From Bdellovibrionota bacterium (lineage in GTDB: Bacteria > Bdellovibrionota_C > UBA2361 > JBIKUX01): a stretch of 64,000 nt of DNA. The stretch spans positions 106,425 through 170,424 of the forward strand of contig JBIKUX010000001.1 in assembly GCA_044347345.1 (NCBI GenBank), in the 5' to 3' direction. Below, piece after piece: positions 41,263-51,441 of this stretch. The notes below the pieces were generated by a model. That model saw only the letters and a program-made list of their open reading frames with translations, searched no databases and was not told the DNA's origin. Both the position numbers and the translations under genes were made by a program. The number at the start of each line of letters is the position of its first letter. Positions within the stretch are counted from its first letter, which is position 1.

Positions 41263-42219
41263 CTAAGTTATTTTTTGTGCTAGCTTTGGTCTTTGCAAAA
41301 ACCAAACTACTCCTCCTAACAATGCAAGAAAAAGTACTTTAGCACGAAGCACAAGCGCTATACTGAGTGCTTCTTCAGTAGTTGCTCCAATTAACCCAAG
41401 AAAATATACAAAAGCTCCCTCCTGAATACCTATGCCGCTGGGTGTAAGTGGCATAGCTCCAACAAGTAAAATTAACGGCAATACACCAAACAACATCGGC
41501 AAGGATACTGTAGTCCATCCTACTGCCCAAGCAGCTACAAGAGTATTTATTGCTGAAAAGGCATGAAACAAAAAAGACAATAACATTATACGAACCAACA
41601 CAGATTTATTATCAGTGATAATGGCCATTTCTTTGAGGAGTAATTTGGTATTACTGCTGATAACCGGCGGTAACCAAGATAATGTATCGACTAAAAGAAT
41701 AATACGGCTACGAACGGGTGCTGTACAGAGAATTAGAATCAAACAAATTATGAAAGCAATTACCAACACAGCGTAAGTTACTCCAGTAGGTAATTCTCCA
41801 ACAAAAATGAGAGATAAAATAGCTAACGCTACCATGGCTACAAGTCCTGAAAACCGTTCAAATATGGTGCTTAAAAAAGAAGCCTTATACCCAGCCCCAT
41901 CATTACTTACTGCAAGAGTTCTCACGACATCTCCGCCAACATGGCTTGGAAGAAGCGTATTACAAAAATATCCAAGCAGGTACAGAGATAAAAGACGTAT
42001 AACAGATGGAGCAGATCCAAAAATAGCCAAGAGAGTGCGCCACTTTAAAACACTAATGTATAAAAGTATAAAAGATATAAAACAAAGACCTATTAGTTGA
42101 GAAGCATGTATCTTAGCTACTACCGTCCAAAACTGCTTGACATCTGTTAAGGTAAGTAAAATTCCTATAGCTATAATAGCTAGGAACTTCTTACCAATGC
42201 CAATAAATCTACTTACCAT
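41263..42219 (-). CDS. Lysylphosphatidylglycerol-synthase-TM / UPF0104 flippase-like membrane protein
   Basis: KWRTLL, NTLLPSHVGGDVVR, ER, PLTPSGIGIQE; multiple TM helices. Confidence 0.88.
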   Translation of the reverse strand: MVSRFIGIGKKFLAIIAIGILLTLTDVKQFWTVVAKIHASQLIGLCFISFILLYISVLKWRTLLAIFGSAPSVIRLLSLYLLGYFCNTLLPSHVGGDVVRTLAVSNDGAGYKASFLSTIFERFSGLVAMVALAILSLIFVGELPTGVTYAVLVIAFIICLILILCTAPVRSRIILLVDTLSWLPPVISSNTKLLLKEMAIITDNKSVLVRIMLLSFLFHAFSAINTLVAAWAVGWTTVSLPMLFGVLPLILLVGAMPLTPSGIGIQEGAFVYFLGLIGATTEEALSIALVLRAKVLFLALLGGVVWFLQRPKLAQKIT

Positions 42220-44215
42220 AAATATTTATCTCAGCAATTGACCAATCAAATATGGGATCCTTACCTATCTGTCTAAGACGAATGGCTTGGCACTGAGGAT
42301 GATCATTAAACCGTAGTTTAACTGGGTGTAAACTACTCCTTGAAAGATTAGCTTGAACATAATGTACAGCGGGATAATCTTCGGAACTAAGTAAAATTCT
42401 ACTTTTACCATCTATTTCACAAGTTATAACAAGTCCTCGAGCTGCATCCGTATACCAAATGCCATAATCAATAGATATCCCAAGTACCTCTTTAGGCTGA
42501 CTCCAGCCTAATACTATGAACATATCTGATACTTGAGGTGCGCTACTTCCCCATCTAGTTTCATTATTTCCATCTATTGCTTTATAAAGCTCTTGAGGAT
42601 TATGTGAAGTATTAAATGTTTCTACCGGCAACATTTTAGAAGAATCTAATTCTGGTAGATTAATCTTAGATATTACACTATACTCGCCCACTTTTTCTTC
42701 AATAAAAGTAGCTCCTAGTGCAGCTAATCCTTTTTGAACAATATCACCCTGTAAATTAGTCATAACCAGAGGAACCGCCGACACTGGTAAAGCATCTGTA
42801 AATTTCTGATAATCAGCAATTCGAATCTGATTTGGCTCACCAAAAATACCAAAACGAACAGCTTCATTAGTTTCAAAAGCTAATCTATACCCTATCCAAT
42901 AATTTGTTCTAACAGCCGCTATATGATTACTAGAAAGCCACTTTATCAAAGCATCATTATCACGTGCTACCCTCTCCCCCTTAAAAACATGAGGCTCTCC
43001 TGGGGTTGCTCTACCACCGTAATAAGATGAACACAGATTAAAAAATATAAGTAATACAGTTCCAGAAATAATCAGCCATCTTCTGGTATGAAAACTTGAT
43101 AACGCACACCCATATATCACAGCGAGCATCGGATAAAGTGGCAAAAGATACCTAGGAGCCTGAACAAGAGCACCAAATGAACTAAGAATAAATATTAAAA
43201 AAGTACCTACTAAAAATGAAATCGAAATGCATATTTGGGGTAATGTAGCATTATCTTGTTTATAGGCCTTAACAGAGATAACAACAAATCTACAAACGAG
43301 AATAACAAAAATCAGATTAGCAAAAACATTGGCTCCCAAAAATAGGCTATTCTCATGCCAAAAACGCCTTGCCCCGAGGATTGTAGGAAGCGCTACACTA
43401 AAAAAGCCCTTGATATGAGAAGCAATAGATGTTGTTGGTTGAAATATACCAAAAGAGGCAAATGAATTATTAATGTTGTACCACCAAAAAGGACTACTAC
43501 CAATTAGAAATCCTACCACTCCTAAAATACTAAACTTAATTATCTCGATTTGCCTTCTATAAAATCTAAGGATCCAGAAAATATACCCAAAAAAAATCGC
43601 CACTATAGCGAAAATTATCTGATTATTTGTCCACCATCCTAAACCTAACACTAAACCTAAGATAAATATTCGATATTTATCTTGCGATAACACTGAATAT
43701 TTCACTAAATATATCGCTAAAAGAAGAGCAATCGTAGTAATAACTACAATTTCAATAAAACCTCCTCTAGCCATACCACTCCACACTATAAGTGGTGACG
43801 GCGCTACCCCAACTAAAATAGTTGAGATGCGCGCGGAAGATAACCGTTTAAAGTGGTCTTTATTAAAAATTATGCTTGCAAGTTCACTTCCAAGAAGATA
43901 AACGAGGGGGACAAGCACTATACTCCAACAAAGTGGTACCGCCTTTAAAGTAGCTGAACTTAAGCCAAAAATAGCAAAAATAATTGCTGCACATAATGGC
44001 TCAAGAGAGCCCATATAATGCTGTCCATAATAGAAAATAGGAACATCTTTACCCTCAAGGATATGCTTTCCCATCAGACCAACAATGGCTTCATCGCTAT
44101 CAATGGTAAAATTAGACGCATATTGAAGGTCAATTCGAAGTAACAAGCTTAATGCAGAAATAAACAGGATGAAGATCCAATCTTTTCTGAGTAAGTTAAC
44201 CCACTCTTTGAGCAT
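42209..44215 (-). CDS. GT-C-fold glycosyltransferase (PMT/ArnT-like) with C-terminal discoidin (F5/8 type C)-like domain
   Basis: First-loop DSDEA, YGQHYMGSLE, many TM helices, PRYLLP; C-terminal AIDGNNETRW...WSIAEINIYG. Confidence 0.82.
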   Translation of the reverse strand: MLKEWVNLLRKDWIFILFISALSLLLRIDLQYASNFTIDSDEAIVGLMGKHILEGKDVPIFYYGQHYMGSLEPLCAAIIFAIFGLSSATLKAVPLCWSIVLVPLVYLLGSELASIIFNKDHFKRLSSARISTILVGVAPSPLIVWSGMARGGFIEIVVITTIALLLAIYLVKYSVLSQDKYRIFILGLVLGLGWWTNNQIIFAIVAIFFGYIFWILRFYRRQIEIIKFSILGVVGFLIGSSPFWWYNINNSFASFGIFQPTTSIASHIKGFFSVALPTILGARRFWHENSLFLGANVFANLIFVILVCRFVVISVKAYKQDNATLPQICISISFLVGTFLIFILSSFGALVQAPRYLLPLYPMLAVIYGCALSSFHTRRWLIISGTVLLIFFNLCSSYYGGRATPGEPHVFKGERVARDNDALIKWLSSNHIAAVRTNYWIGYRLAFETNEAVRFGIFGEPNQIRIADYQKFTDALPVSAVPLVMTNLQGDIVQKGLAALGATFIEEKVGEYSVISKINLPELDSSKMLPVETFNTSHNPQELYKAIDGNNETRWGSSAPQVSDMFIVLGWSQPKEVLGISIDYGIWYTDAARGLVITCEIDGKSRILLSSEDYPAVHYVQANLSRSSLHPVKLRFNDHPQCQAIRLRQIGKDPIFDWSIAEINIYGK

Positions 44216-44229
44216 ACCGAATCAACTCA

Positions 44230-45447
44230 CTATACAAATCTCTCATATACAGAAAGAGTCTTTCGACCAGTCTCATCCCAAGTATACTGTCTTGCCCATT
44301 TACGGCCACGAGCTCTTCTAGTATTCAAATAATCTGAAGATGAACGTAAATAATGAATAGTAGCAGATACTCCATCATCAATCTTTGTTGGGTCAAAGTA
44401 GAGAGCTTCATCTCCCAGCACCTCCGGAAGAGAGGAGGTATTACTACTTACTACCGGTACACCTGCTGCTAGTGCCTCAAGAGGTGGTAATCCAAATCCT
44501 TCATATAAACTTGGAAATAAAAAAATTGCAGCACCTTGATAAAGAGCCAAAAGATCATCGTCACTAACAAAGCCTATACATCTAACCTCATCTCGCAAAT
44601 CATTATCACGAATAAGTGCTAGTAAGTTTGGGAAATTACGATCATCTTCTATTTTTCCAGCTAAAACCAAGATGGGCGAAACTCTGTTGGAGAGCCTTTC
44701 AGCCTCATGAACTAATTTGTACAACCTGATTAACCCATTCATATTTTTTCGTTCATCAATACCTCCGACATACAATAAATAGGGTCGTTCCGAGGGTAAT
44801 TGATACTTAGCTCTTATATTTTGTATCAGATCGGGATGTGCTTCACCAAAGAAGCGGTCATCCACACCTAAGGGAGTAACAGTTATCCTATCCAAAGGGA
44901 TGCCGAGTAATTTATGACAATCACGTGCCGTGCACTCACTTATAGCCAATAAGTGCTTTGCTCCTCTAATAGCTCTAAGCTCAAGCCAACGAGCTAGAGT
45001 AAATCTCATATCCACAGATGCAGGTTTGTAGAGGTCTTGTAAAATTAACGGTATTAAATCTAGTACCGTAACTACATAAGGTACGGTTGCCCATGACGGA
45101 GCATCCATGTGAGCCGGAAAATGTAATAAAGAAAATTGCCGCATTCGTGCGCTTTTTAATTGTAGTGGATAGCACAACTGTTGCCTTACAGTTTGCCTAC
45201 CGCGAGGAAGAAGAGATATAAGATTTTCGATATAGGACGGTAAAGAAGACCATGAATGATCAAACATTCCAACTTCTACTTTCTCAGTAGAATTAGTCTC
45301 ATTCAATGATTTAACTAAACCAACTCTTGTAAAGTAATCAAATAAAGACTTAACGTAGCGCCCTATTCCTCTTCCAGCATGCGCCTTAAATGTAGGATCT
45401 AAAGCACTACAATCTACTCCAACGCAGATACCTCCCGCTACCTTCAT
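44230..45447 (-). CDS. Glycosyltransferase family 4
   Basis: GIGRYV, RKN, FPSLYEGFGLPPLEA, SSLPEV. Confidence 0.92.
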   Translation of the reverse strand: MKVAGGICVGVDCSALDPTFKAHAGRGIGRYVKSLFDYFTRVGLVKSLNETNSTEKVEVGMFDHSWSSLPSYIENLISLLPRGRQTVRQQLCYPLQLKSARMRQFSLLHFPAHMDAPSWATVPYVVTVLDLIPLILQDLYKPASVDMRFTLARWLELRAIRGAKHLLAISECTARDCHKLLGIPLDRITVTPLGVDDRFFGEAHPDLIQNIRAKYQLPSERPYLLYVGGIDERKNMNGLIRLYKLVHEAERLSNRVSPILVLAGKIEDDRNFPNLLALIRDNDLRDEVRCIGFVSDDDLLALYQGAAIFLFPSLYEGFGLPPLEALAAGVPVVSSNTSSLPEVLGDEALYFDPTKIDDGVSATIHYLRSSSDYLNTRRARGRKWARQYTWDETGRKTLSVYERFV

Positions 45448-46559
45448 CGTTGCTCACTCGCCCGCCTACACGAAGAAAGCGTAGAAGATTCAATAAGTGT
45501 GATAGCAGATTTAGCAAAATTAGCCTCAGAAAAAGCGTTAGCCCTTATCTTGCCGGCATCAATTAAAGACCTACGAAGTGAAACATCCCGATGAACAAGA
45601 GCCACAAGTTCGGCTATCTCTGCATGACGCTTCTCTTTAAACAATATACCAGCCTCACCCATAGTTTCCGCTACAGCCCCTGCATCAAATGCAAGAACCG
45701 GAAGCCCCTCTGACATAGCTTCAAGAATCGGTAAACAAAATCCTTCATGTTCACTCATTCCGAGATAAACACTAGACCCACGGTAAAAAGCCCGAACTTC
45801 CTCATCGGCACAACCACCAGTAAAGCGAACAGCATCACGAATACCAAGCTCATAAGCCAACCGCTTTAGATGGAAGGAATAAACTTCGGTATCGGTATCA
45901 ATACCAACTAACCATAGAGTACTTTTTTTTTCGATATAATGATGAAGGAAGTAAAATACCTTAAGAAGGTCCTCAATACTTTTATTAGGAGCAATACGGC
46001 CAACATGAAGAAGATTCAGATGACCAGATTTTTGAAGTAGAGAAAGGATACCCATATTAGGTGCGGTATTTTTTTCCTCTCCCCAACGCACTCCTCCAAC
46101 CGGAAGTGGTAAAACAGAGCAGGTAAAGCCAAGATTTCTCAGTTCCTCAGCATTAAAATTTGAATCAGCCACAAGTTGATCGCTTGCCAGACACAAAGTT
46201 GGAAGCTCCTCGTAGCCCCTAACTAAATCAGCCGCTACACGAGGATTAATGCTATAAAACCAATGAGCCGGTGTCATATTATGATAAACAAGAACTCGCG
46301 AAGCTCGCTTAAGATCAAGGTAGCTCTGATTAAGAGGAGATCCGATGGAATAATGTAATATTATCTTTCCTTCAAATTCAGGAGATAATGAGAGATAACT
46401 TTTGGTTTCATTAGCATAACGAGGGTGAGTATTTATCGTAAAAATGTCGCTCTTATACCCACAATTGCTAAACGCATTACGCAATGCTCGTACTTCACCA
46501 GAAATGGCATCACCATAACTTAAAGTATGAACAAGCTGATGTATCTCTCCTTTTGTCAT
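45444..46559 (-). CDS. Glycosyltransferase family 4
   Basis: Probable ATG at 46559 overlapping the wzm stop; GDAIS, YHNMTP, VGRIAPNK, SEHEGFCLPILEAM. Confidence 0.9.
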   Translation of the reverse strand: MTKGEIHQLVHTLSYGDAISGEVRALRNAFSNCGYKSDIFTINTHPRYANETKSYLSLSPEFEGKIILHYSIGSPLNQSYLDLKRASRVLVYHNMTPAHWFYSINPRVAADLVRGYEELPTLCLASDQLVADSNFNAEELRNLGFTCSVLPLPVGGVRWGEEKNTAPNMGILSLLQKSGHLNLLHVGRIAPNKSIEDLLKVFYFLHHYIEKKSTLWLVGIDTDTEVYSFHLKRLAYELGIRDAVRFTGGCADEEVRAFYRGSSVYLGMSEHEGFCLPILEAMSEGLPVLAFDAGAVAETMGEAGILFKEKRHAEIAELVALVHRDVSLRRSLIDAGKIRANAFSEANFAKSAITLIESSTLSSCRRASEQR

Positions 46560-47329
46560 AGAACTTCCGCAAACCCCTCGCGATAATTTCCATAGGTAAA
46601 CATTCCTAAAACTAAGGAAAAAGCACTCCAAACAAAAAGGATTAACCAATGTGTTACGGAAGGAATAGCACCTTTAAGAAGGATGGAATTATACATTAAG
46701 ACTAGCAACGAAAATGGATTCAAATAAAAAAGTATATGATATTTAGTGGGAGCTACACTCAATGGATATATTATTGGACATAGAAAAAACACCAAGCCCA
46801 ACAAGTTAGTAATTAAATGCTGTATATCTCTAAAAAATACATTCAATGAACTTAAAGCTAAGACAATCCCAGTCAAAAGTACAAACTGTAATACAACAAG
46901 AATCGGAAGAAAAATTAATGTCCACGGTATAGACACCTCATCTATCCACATAAATAAAAATAACAACGGTAATGATAAGAGAAAATTTACCAAAGTCGTC
47001 AGCACACTTACCACTGGAAGTATCGCAGCAGGGAATAATGATTTAGTGATTAAGGTACCACCCGAGGCGATAGCAATTGTACCTTCAGCTAAGGCTGATG
47101 CACACCAGAGCCAGGGTAAAAGTCCACAAAAAAGAAAAATCGCATAATGCTCGACTTGGTTAAAGCGCATGTAATAGTGGAAGACCACTGTATAAACAAG
47201 CATCATACACAAAGGATTTAATAGCGACCACAATAACCCTAAAAAAGACCCACGATAGCGAGCATGAAGATGCCGCCCGACAAGGGCACTAATTAATGCT
47301 CGATATTTAATCAAGTCACGCAACAACAC
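46556..47329 (-). CDS. wzm: Polysaccharide ABC transporter permease (Wzm/RfbA type)
   Basis: RYRGSFLGLLWSLLNP, FFRDIQH, PIIYP, LNP; probable GTG start at 47329 after GGAG. Confidence 0.88.
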   Translation of the reverse strand: MLLRDLIKYRALISALVGRHLHARYRGSFLGLLWSLLNPLCMMLVYTVVFHYYMRFNQVEHYAIFLFCGLLPWLWCASALAEGTIAIASGGTLITKSLFPAAILPVVSVLTTLVNFLLSLPLLFLFMWIDEVSIPWTLIFLPILVVLQFVLLTGIVLALSSLNVFFRDIQHLITNLLGLVFFLCPIIYPLSVAPTKYHILFYLNPFSLLVLMYNSILLKGAIPSVTHWLILFVWSAFSLVLGMFTYGNYREGFAEVL

Positions 47330-48602
47330 TATTAAATCTCCATCGGACATTTGGACTAAATATACCGACTCTAGCGGCTTCTGTTCTTATTGCAAAATGA
47401 TAACATCCTCGAAAATAATCAAAGGAGTAGCCGTCAGAACTATGCACAGCTACGTCAATAGAATAGGAGCCATCTGTAAGTTCCCAACTACCTATATCAA
47501 CAGATACCATGCCTATCTTACCTAAGGGTGGGACAACCACCTTTTCAATCAGAGTATTAGTACCTATCACTAAAAGTCCGTCACTACGATTAACCGCTAT
47601 GCCGAAAACAACATCATGCTGATCTTGATTCACAGTATACAAGATAGTTAAACAACATTGCTCATCAGAACGAAAAACATGCGCCACAGCACCTGTACTG
47701 CTTAAAAGAGCAACTTCTTTAATTTCAATTTCACGACTACCCCATCTCTCTGAACGTGCATCTTGCAATAAAGTACCCTTTTTTTCTTCATGCAACGTAT
47801 CAGACAAATTATTAGTCACTAAACTAGACTCTTTACTTGCTAGTACTTCCTCTTCGCGTCCAGCAATAAAAGCACGATACTCATCAATGACACGGCGGGG
47901 TTGTCCACGGTCTTTTACTTCTCCCCCTTCTAGCCAAAGTACTTCATCACACCATCTCTCAACCGCACCTAAATCATGCGATACTATTAATAGAGTGCAG
48001 CCCTGTGCCCGTAACTCAGCTATTTTATCTTTACATTTTGCCTCAAAAGCAGCGTCGCCAACTGCAAGCACCTCATCAATTAAAAGTATGTCAGGATTAG
48101 TATGAACGGCTAAGCTAAATCCAAGCCGCATAAACATCCCAGATGAGTAAGTTCGTACCGGCTCATCAATAACTTCATGTAATTCAGCAAAACTGACAAT
48201 TGAATCGAAGCAACGGTCTAGATCTCGCTTAGTGAGCCCAAGAAGTAACGCACCAAGATGAAGATTTTCTCTACCTGTGAAGTCTGGATGAAACCCAGCA
48301 CCAAGCTCTATTAGAGCCGCCACACGACCCTTTACTGATATTTCACCAGTATCAGGAACATAAATGCCAGTGATTAGCTTAAGCAGCGTTGATTTACCTG
48401 AACCATTTCTTCCAATAACTCCAACGGAGTTTCCTTTAGGAATTCTCAAGGTAAGATTTGTTAGAATCGACCTTTTACTCGAAATACTTTTCTTCCCTTT
48501 TCCCTTAAAACTCACGATTAGCGATTTAAGGGATGAATAACCCGCTCCAAGAGATTGAAAAGCTTTGCTTACTGATCGAATGTCGATAACGTAATCGGGC
48601 AC
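47316..48602 (-). CDS. wzt: Polysaccharide ABC transporter ATPase with Wzt C-terminal domain
   Basis: GRNGSGKST, LGAGFHPDFTGREN, YSSGM signature, DEVLAVGD; C-terminal extension starting near RWGS. Confidence 0.9.
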   Translation of the reverse strand: MPDYVIDIRSVSKAFQSLGAGYSSLKSLIVSFKGKGKKSISSKRSILTNLTLRIPKGNSVGVIGRNGSGKSTLLKLITGIYVPDTGEISVKGRVAALIELGAGFHPDFTGRENLHLGALLLGLTKRDLDRCFDSIVSFAELHEVIDEPVRTYSSGMFMRLGFSLAVHTNPDILLIDEVLAVGDAAFEAKCKDKIAELRAQGCTLLIVSHDLGAVERWCDEVLWLEGGEVKDRGQPRRVIDEYRAFIAGREEEVLASKESSLVTNNLSDTLHEEKKGTLLQDARSERWGSREIEIKEVALLSSTGAVAHVFRSDEQCCLTILYTVNQDQHDVVFGIAVNRSDGLLVIGTNTLIEKVVVPPLGKIGMVSVDIGSWELTDGSYSIDVAVHSSDGYSFDYFRGCYHFAIRTEAARVGIFSPNVRWRFNSVVA

Positions 48603-48619
48603 TTTTTTCCCTAATCTAC

Positions 48620-49180
48620 TTACTTTGAAGGTTGAATAATATAAACGTCAGAAAGGTTACGATAGCGGTCAAGCTCTTCCATACCATATCCTACAAACCA
48701 TTCATCACCACTATACTGAAAAACCTTCCACTCCGGATCAAACTCAGGATTAACAATAACTCGCTGAATCAACACTGCCGCCCGTACTTCCCGAGCCCCG
48801 GCACGAAGAAGGTGCGTAGTTAAGTGTTTTAAAGTACGACCAGAATCGCAAATATCATCAACTAAAAGAATACTTCTATCCCGAGCTTGACAATCCATTA
48901 GGTCTATTTGAAGCTCTGGCGCCGTTACTCCAACCTGATCAGTTAAATATCCCATCGTCCGCACAGGTTGAACCTGCACTGTGTTAGTTAAACACCGGAC
49001 GAGGTCTACAAAAAAAAATAACCCTCCTCTGAGTATTGGTACAGCTATTACATCTCTACCGGTCTCATTATAAGTGTTGCTGCACCAACCAGATATCTCT
49101 CGAGCTATAGGTTGAATAGCATCATTTATTTGAGCTTTCGAATAAATTAAGCGGAATCTATCAGGCTTATACATCGACAT
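48620..49180 (-). CDS. hpt: Hypoxanthine phosphoribosyltransferase-like protein
   Basis: ILRGG, PRPP-binding LLVDDICDSGRTL, FVGYGM...YRNL. Confidence 0.85.
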   Translation of the reverse strand: MSMYKPDRFRLIYSKAQINDAIQPIAREISGWCSNTYNETGRDVIAVPILRGGLFFFVDLVRCLTNTVQVQPVRTMGYLTDQVGVTAPELQIDLMDCQARDRSILLVDDICDSGRTLKHLTTHLLRAGAREVRAAVLIQRVIVNPEFDPEWKVFQYSGDEWFVGYGMEELDRYRNLSDVYIIQPSK

Positions 49181-49261
49181 TTCACTTGATATTTAAAACA
49201 GCAATAGAGAAACTTAATAATCAGTTGATAAAATGTAGCGCTAAAAAATGTTTACCATAAT

Positions 49262-49861
49262 ATGACACCACTAAAGTCTTCTTCACCACTTTTTGCTACA
49301 ACTGTACAATTTGTTATCGCTCTTACTCTTTCCTCATGTTACCGCGAGACAGAGGACAGAGTCGAGACATCCCCTTCTCAACAACAATTTGAATCAAAAA
49401 ACCAAGACGACAATAATTCTCTTCTCAACAAAGACGGATTACTCGATACCGTAAAAAAATCAGCTCAGAGTTTGGGAGTAATTCTTGACGAAAAATCTAG
49501 TCAACTAGAGCAAAGTGCTAAACAAGAAGTAAGTAAGCTACTTACTCTCGAGTACAAGGTCGTATTTATTAAAGCTCCAGAGTTTATTAACATTTCTGAT
49601 TCAAACTCTCAAAAAACAATATTTCATAATCAAAATACTACATCGTCTTTACCAGAAAGTGATGCTTCATTAGAACAGGTAAAAAATAAAAGACTAGGCG
49701 CAGATGTCTTTGAACTCGAAGAAGCCCTCCGTCAGCTAGGAGCCGATAGTTGGGATTGTTATAGCTTATTAGATACACAAGAAGGGACTCGCCTCACCTG
49801 CAAACGACCATCTCAGAGTTACTTGAGATGGATTCTGAAAAGAAACCCCCTTGGTTTTTAG
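49262..49861 (+). CDS. Lipoprotein with DUF4177-like C-terminal domain
   Basis: Lipobox LSSC; EYKVV...LRQLGADSWDCY...CKRP resembles the DUF4177 pattern. Confidence 0.55.
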   Translation: MTPLKSSSPLFATTVQFVIALTLSSCYRETEDRVETSPSQQQFESKNQDDNNSLLNKDGLLDTVKKSAQSLGVILDEKSSQLEQSAKQEVSKLLTLEYKVVFIKAPEFINISDSNSQKTIFHNQNTTSSLPESDASLEQVKNKRLGADVFELEEALRQLGADSWDCYSLLDTQEGTRLTCKRPSQSYLRWILKRNPLGF

Positions 49862-49987
49862 AGGCTAAAAACAATACTAAGTTGTTCAAAAGACTTTTGT
49901 ATTTGCTCTGCCGGTACTTGCTCTACCAAAGTCAGGTAAGCTGGATTTGTAATACCGGATAGCTGAACAAATATTTAAAAGATCGGC

Positions 49988-50293
49988 CTACCAGCTAGCC
50001 TTCTTAAGGCCGGGTATAACTCCCTCATGCGCAAGTTCGCGAAGCACAATTCGCGATATCATATACTTACGATACACTCCACGTCCTCGACCAGTCAATT
50101 GACACCTGTTTCGAACGCGATTTGGTGCACTATTCCTAGGTAGAGCTTGTAATTTGACGCGAGCTATATAACGTTCCTCGTCAGAAAGAGAAAAATCTAA
50201 CGAACGAGCCTTTAGGTCAGCACGCTTGCTTGCATGCTGCGCGACTAACTTTTTACGCTTTTCATTTCGGAGGACTACACTTTTCTTGGCCAT
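49988..50293 (-). CDS. rpsN: 30S ribosomal protein S14, long zinc-independent (C-minus) form
   Basis: 101 aa, [22 protein letters not shown]...IPGLKKASW; one Cys only. Confidence 0.95.
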   Translation of the reverse strand: MAKKSVVLRNEKRKKLVAQHASKRADLKARSLDFSLSDEERYIARVKLQALPRNSAPNRVRNRCQLTGRGRGVYRKYMISRIVLRELAHEGVIPGLKKASW

Positions 50294-50367
50294 AACTAAA
50301 ATTCTTTTAACACCTCAACAGATTACTGTCTCTATATTTAAAGTCAAGTAGCCTACTACTCTATCCC

Positions 50368-50408
50368 AACTTTTGAATACTTAACTTTTGAATACTTAAC
50401 TTTTGAAT
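50368..50408. repeat. 15-bp tandem repeat AACTTTTGAATACTT x~2.7
   Basis: Units at 50368, 50383 and a partial unit at 50398; overlaps the btuC stop, upstream of rpsN. Confidence 0.9.
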
Positions 50409-51415
50409 TTTAGCGACCCATCTTTTAGATTATTACGCAAGAGAAGAAATATAAAGCCTGGCACCCCTAATAAAGCTGTTATCACCCCAGGAGGTATTTC
50501 AAAAGGGGCGGCCACTACTCTACTTATAACATCACTCCCAAGCAGTAAACCTGCTCCAATCAGTGAGGTTACGGGCAATAAACGACCATGAAGTTCACCA
50601 CAAAAACACCGGGCAATATGGGGGCTAAGTAACCCGATAAAAGGAATAGGCCCGGTACAGACCACTGAAATACTAATTCCCACGCAAACAATTGACAATA
50701 TTACCGCCCGAAAATTTTGAGGACAAATACCTCGACTACAAACAAAATCATCTCCAAATAGCATTAAATCAAAAATATAATGACGCTTAGAGCTAACGAC
50801 CAAAGTAATCAAAAAAACGGCCAACAAAGGTATTACCGTATAAAATGTTGAACCTTGAAAACTTCCCATAAGCCACCGTTGCGTTACAAATAGCTGAGTT
50901 GGGTCTGACATATATTGAAGCATTAAAGTAGCGCTACTCGCAAAAAAATTGAGGCATATACCAAGCAAAAGTATAATTGACGATTCTCTAACCAGCCAAG
51001 CAATTAAAAGCATCATAGCTGAAGATACGAGGGCTCCTATAAGCCCGAAAGCAGCAGCTGCAGAAAACGTAGAAGTAATGGTTGTAGAAAAAAACAAAAT
51101 AGAGACATATACCCCTAAACTAGCCGCAGCAGATACTCCAACGGTAAAGGGAGAACATAGGTCGTTACGAAAAATAGCTTGAAGTATTAAGCCTCCTATA
51201 GCGAGAAGCGCTCCTGTTAATGATACAACCAATGCTCTGGGTGCTCGTATCTGCCAAAAAATAAAAAAATTTGATGAATCTGGATCGATAATTGATAAAA
51301 AATTAATCTTTACTGGCCCAACTAAGAGTGAGCCTATAAGTAAAATAGGAAGAAGAGCGCACAAAATTACAAAACTTATCTTCCAACCTAGTAAGCTAGT
51401 ACAAACTTTTTTCAT
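50396..51415 (-). CDS. btuC: Cobalamin/iron ABC transporter permease (BtuC/FecCD family)
   Basis: RAPR, QAIFRNDL, WLMGS, GPIPFIGLLSPH, EIPPGVITALLG; context with btuF, btuB and metH. Confidence 0.8.
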   Translation of the reverse strand: MKKVCTSLLGWKISFVILCALLPILLIGSLLVGPVKINFLSIIDPDSSNFFIFWQIRAPRALVVSLTGALLAIGGLILQAIFRNDLCSPFTVGVSAAASLGVYVSILFFSTTITSTFSAAAAFGLIGALVSSAMMLLIAWLVRESSIILLLGICLNFFASSATLMLQYMSDPTQLFVTQRWLMGSFQGSTFYTVIPLLAVFLITLVVSSKRHYIFDLMLFGDDFVCSRGICPQNFRAVILSIVCVGISISVVCTGPIPFIGLLSPHIARCFCGELHGRLLPVTSLIGAGLLLGSDVISRVVAAPFEIPPGVITALLGVPGFIFLLLRNNLKDGSLKFKS

Positions 51416-51441
51416 GTCTTGTTACTAAATACTCACATCTC

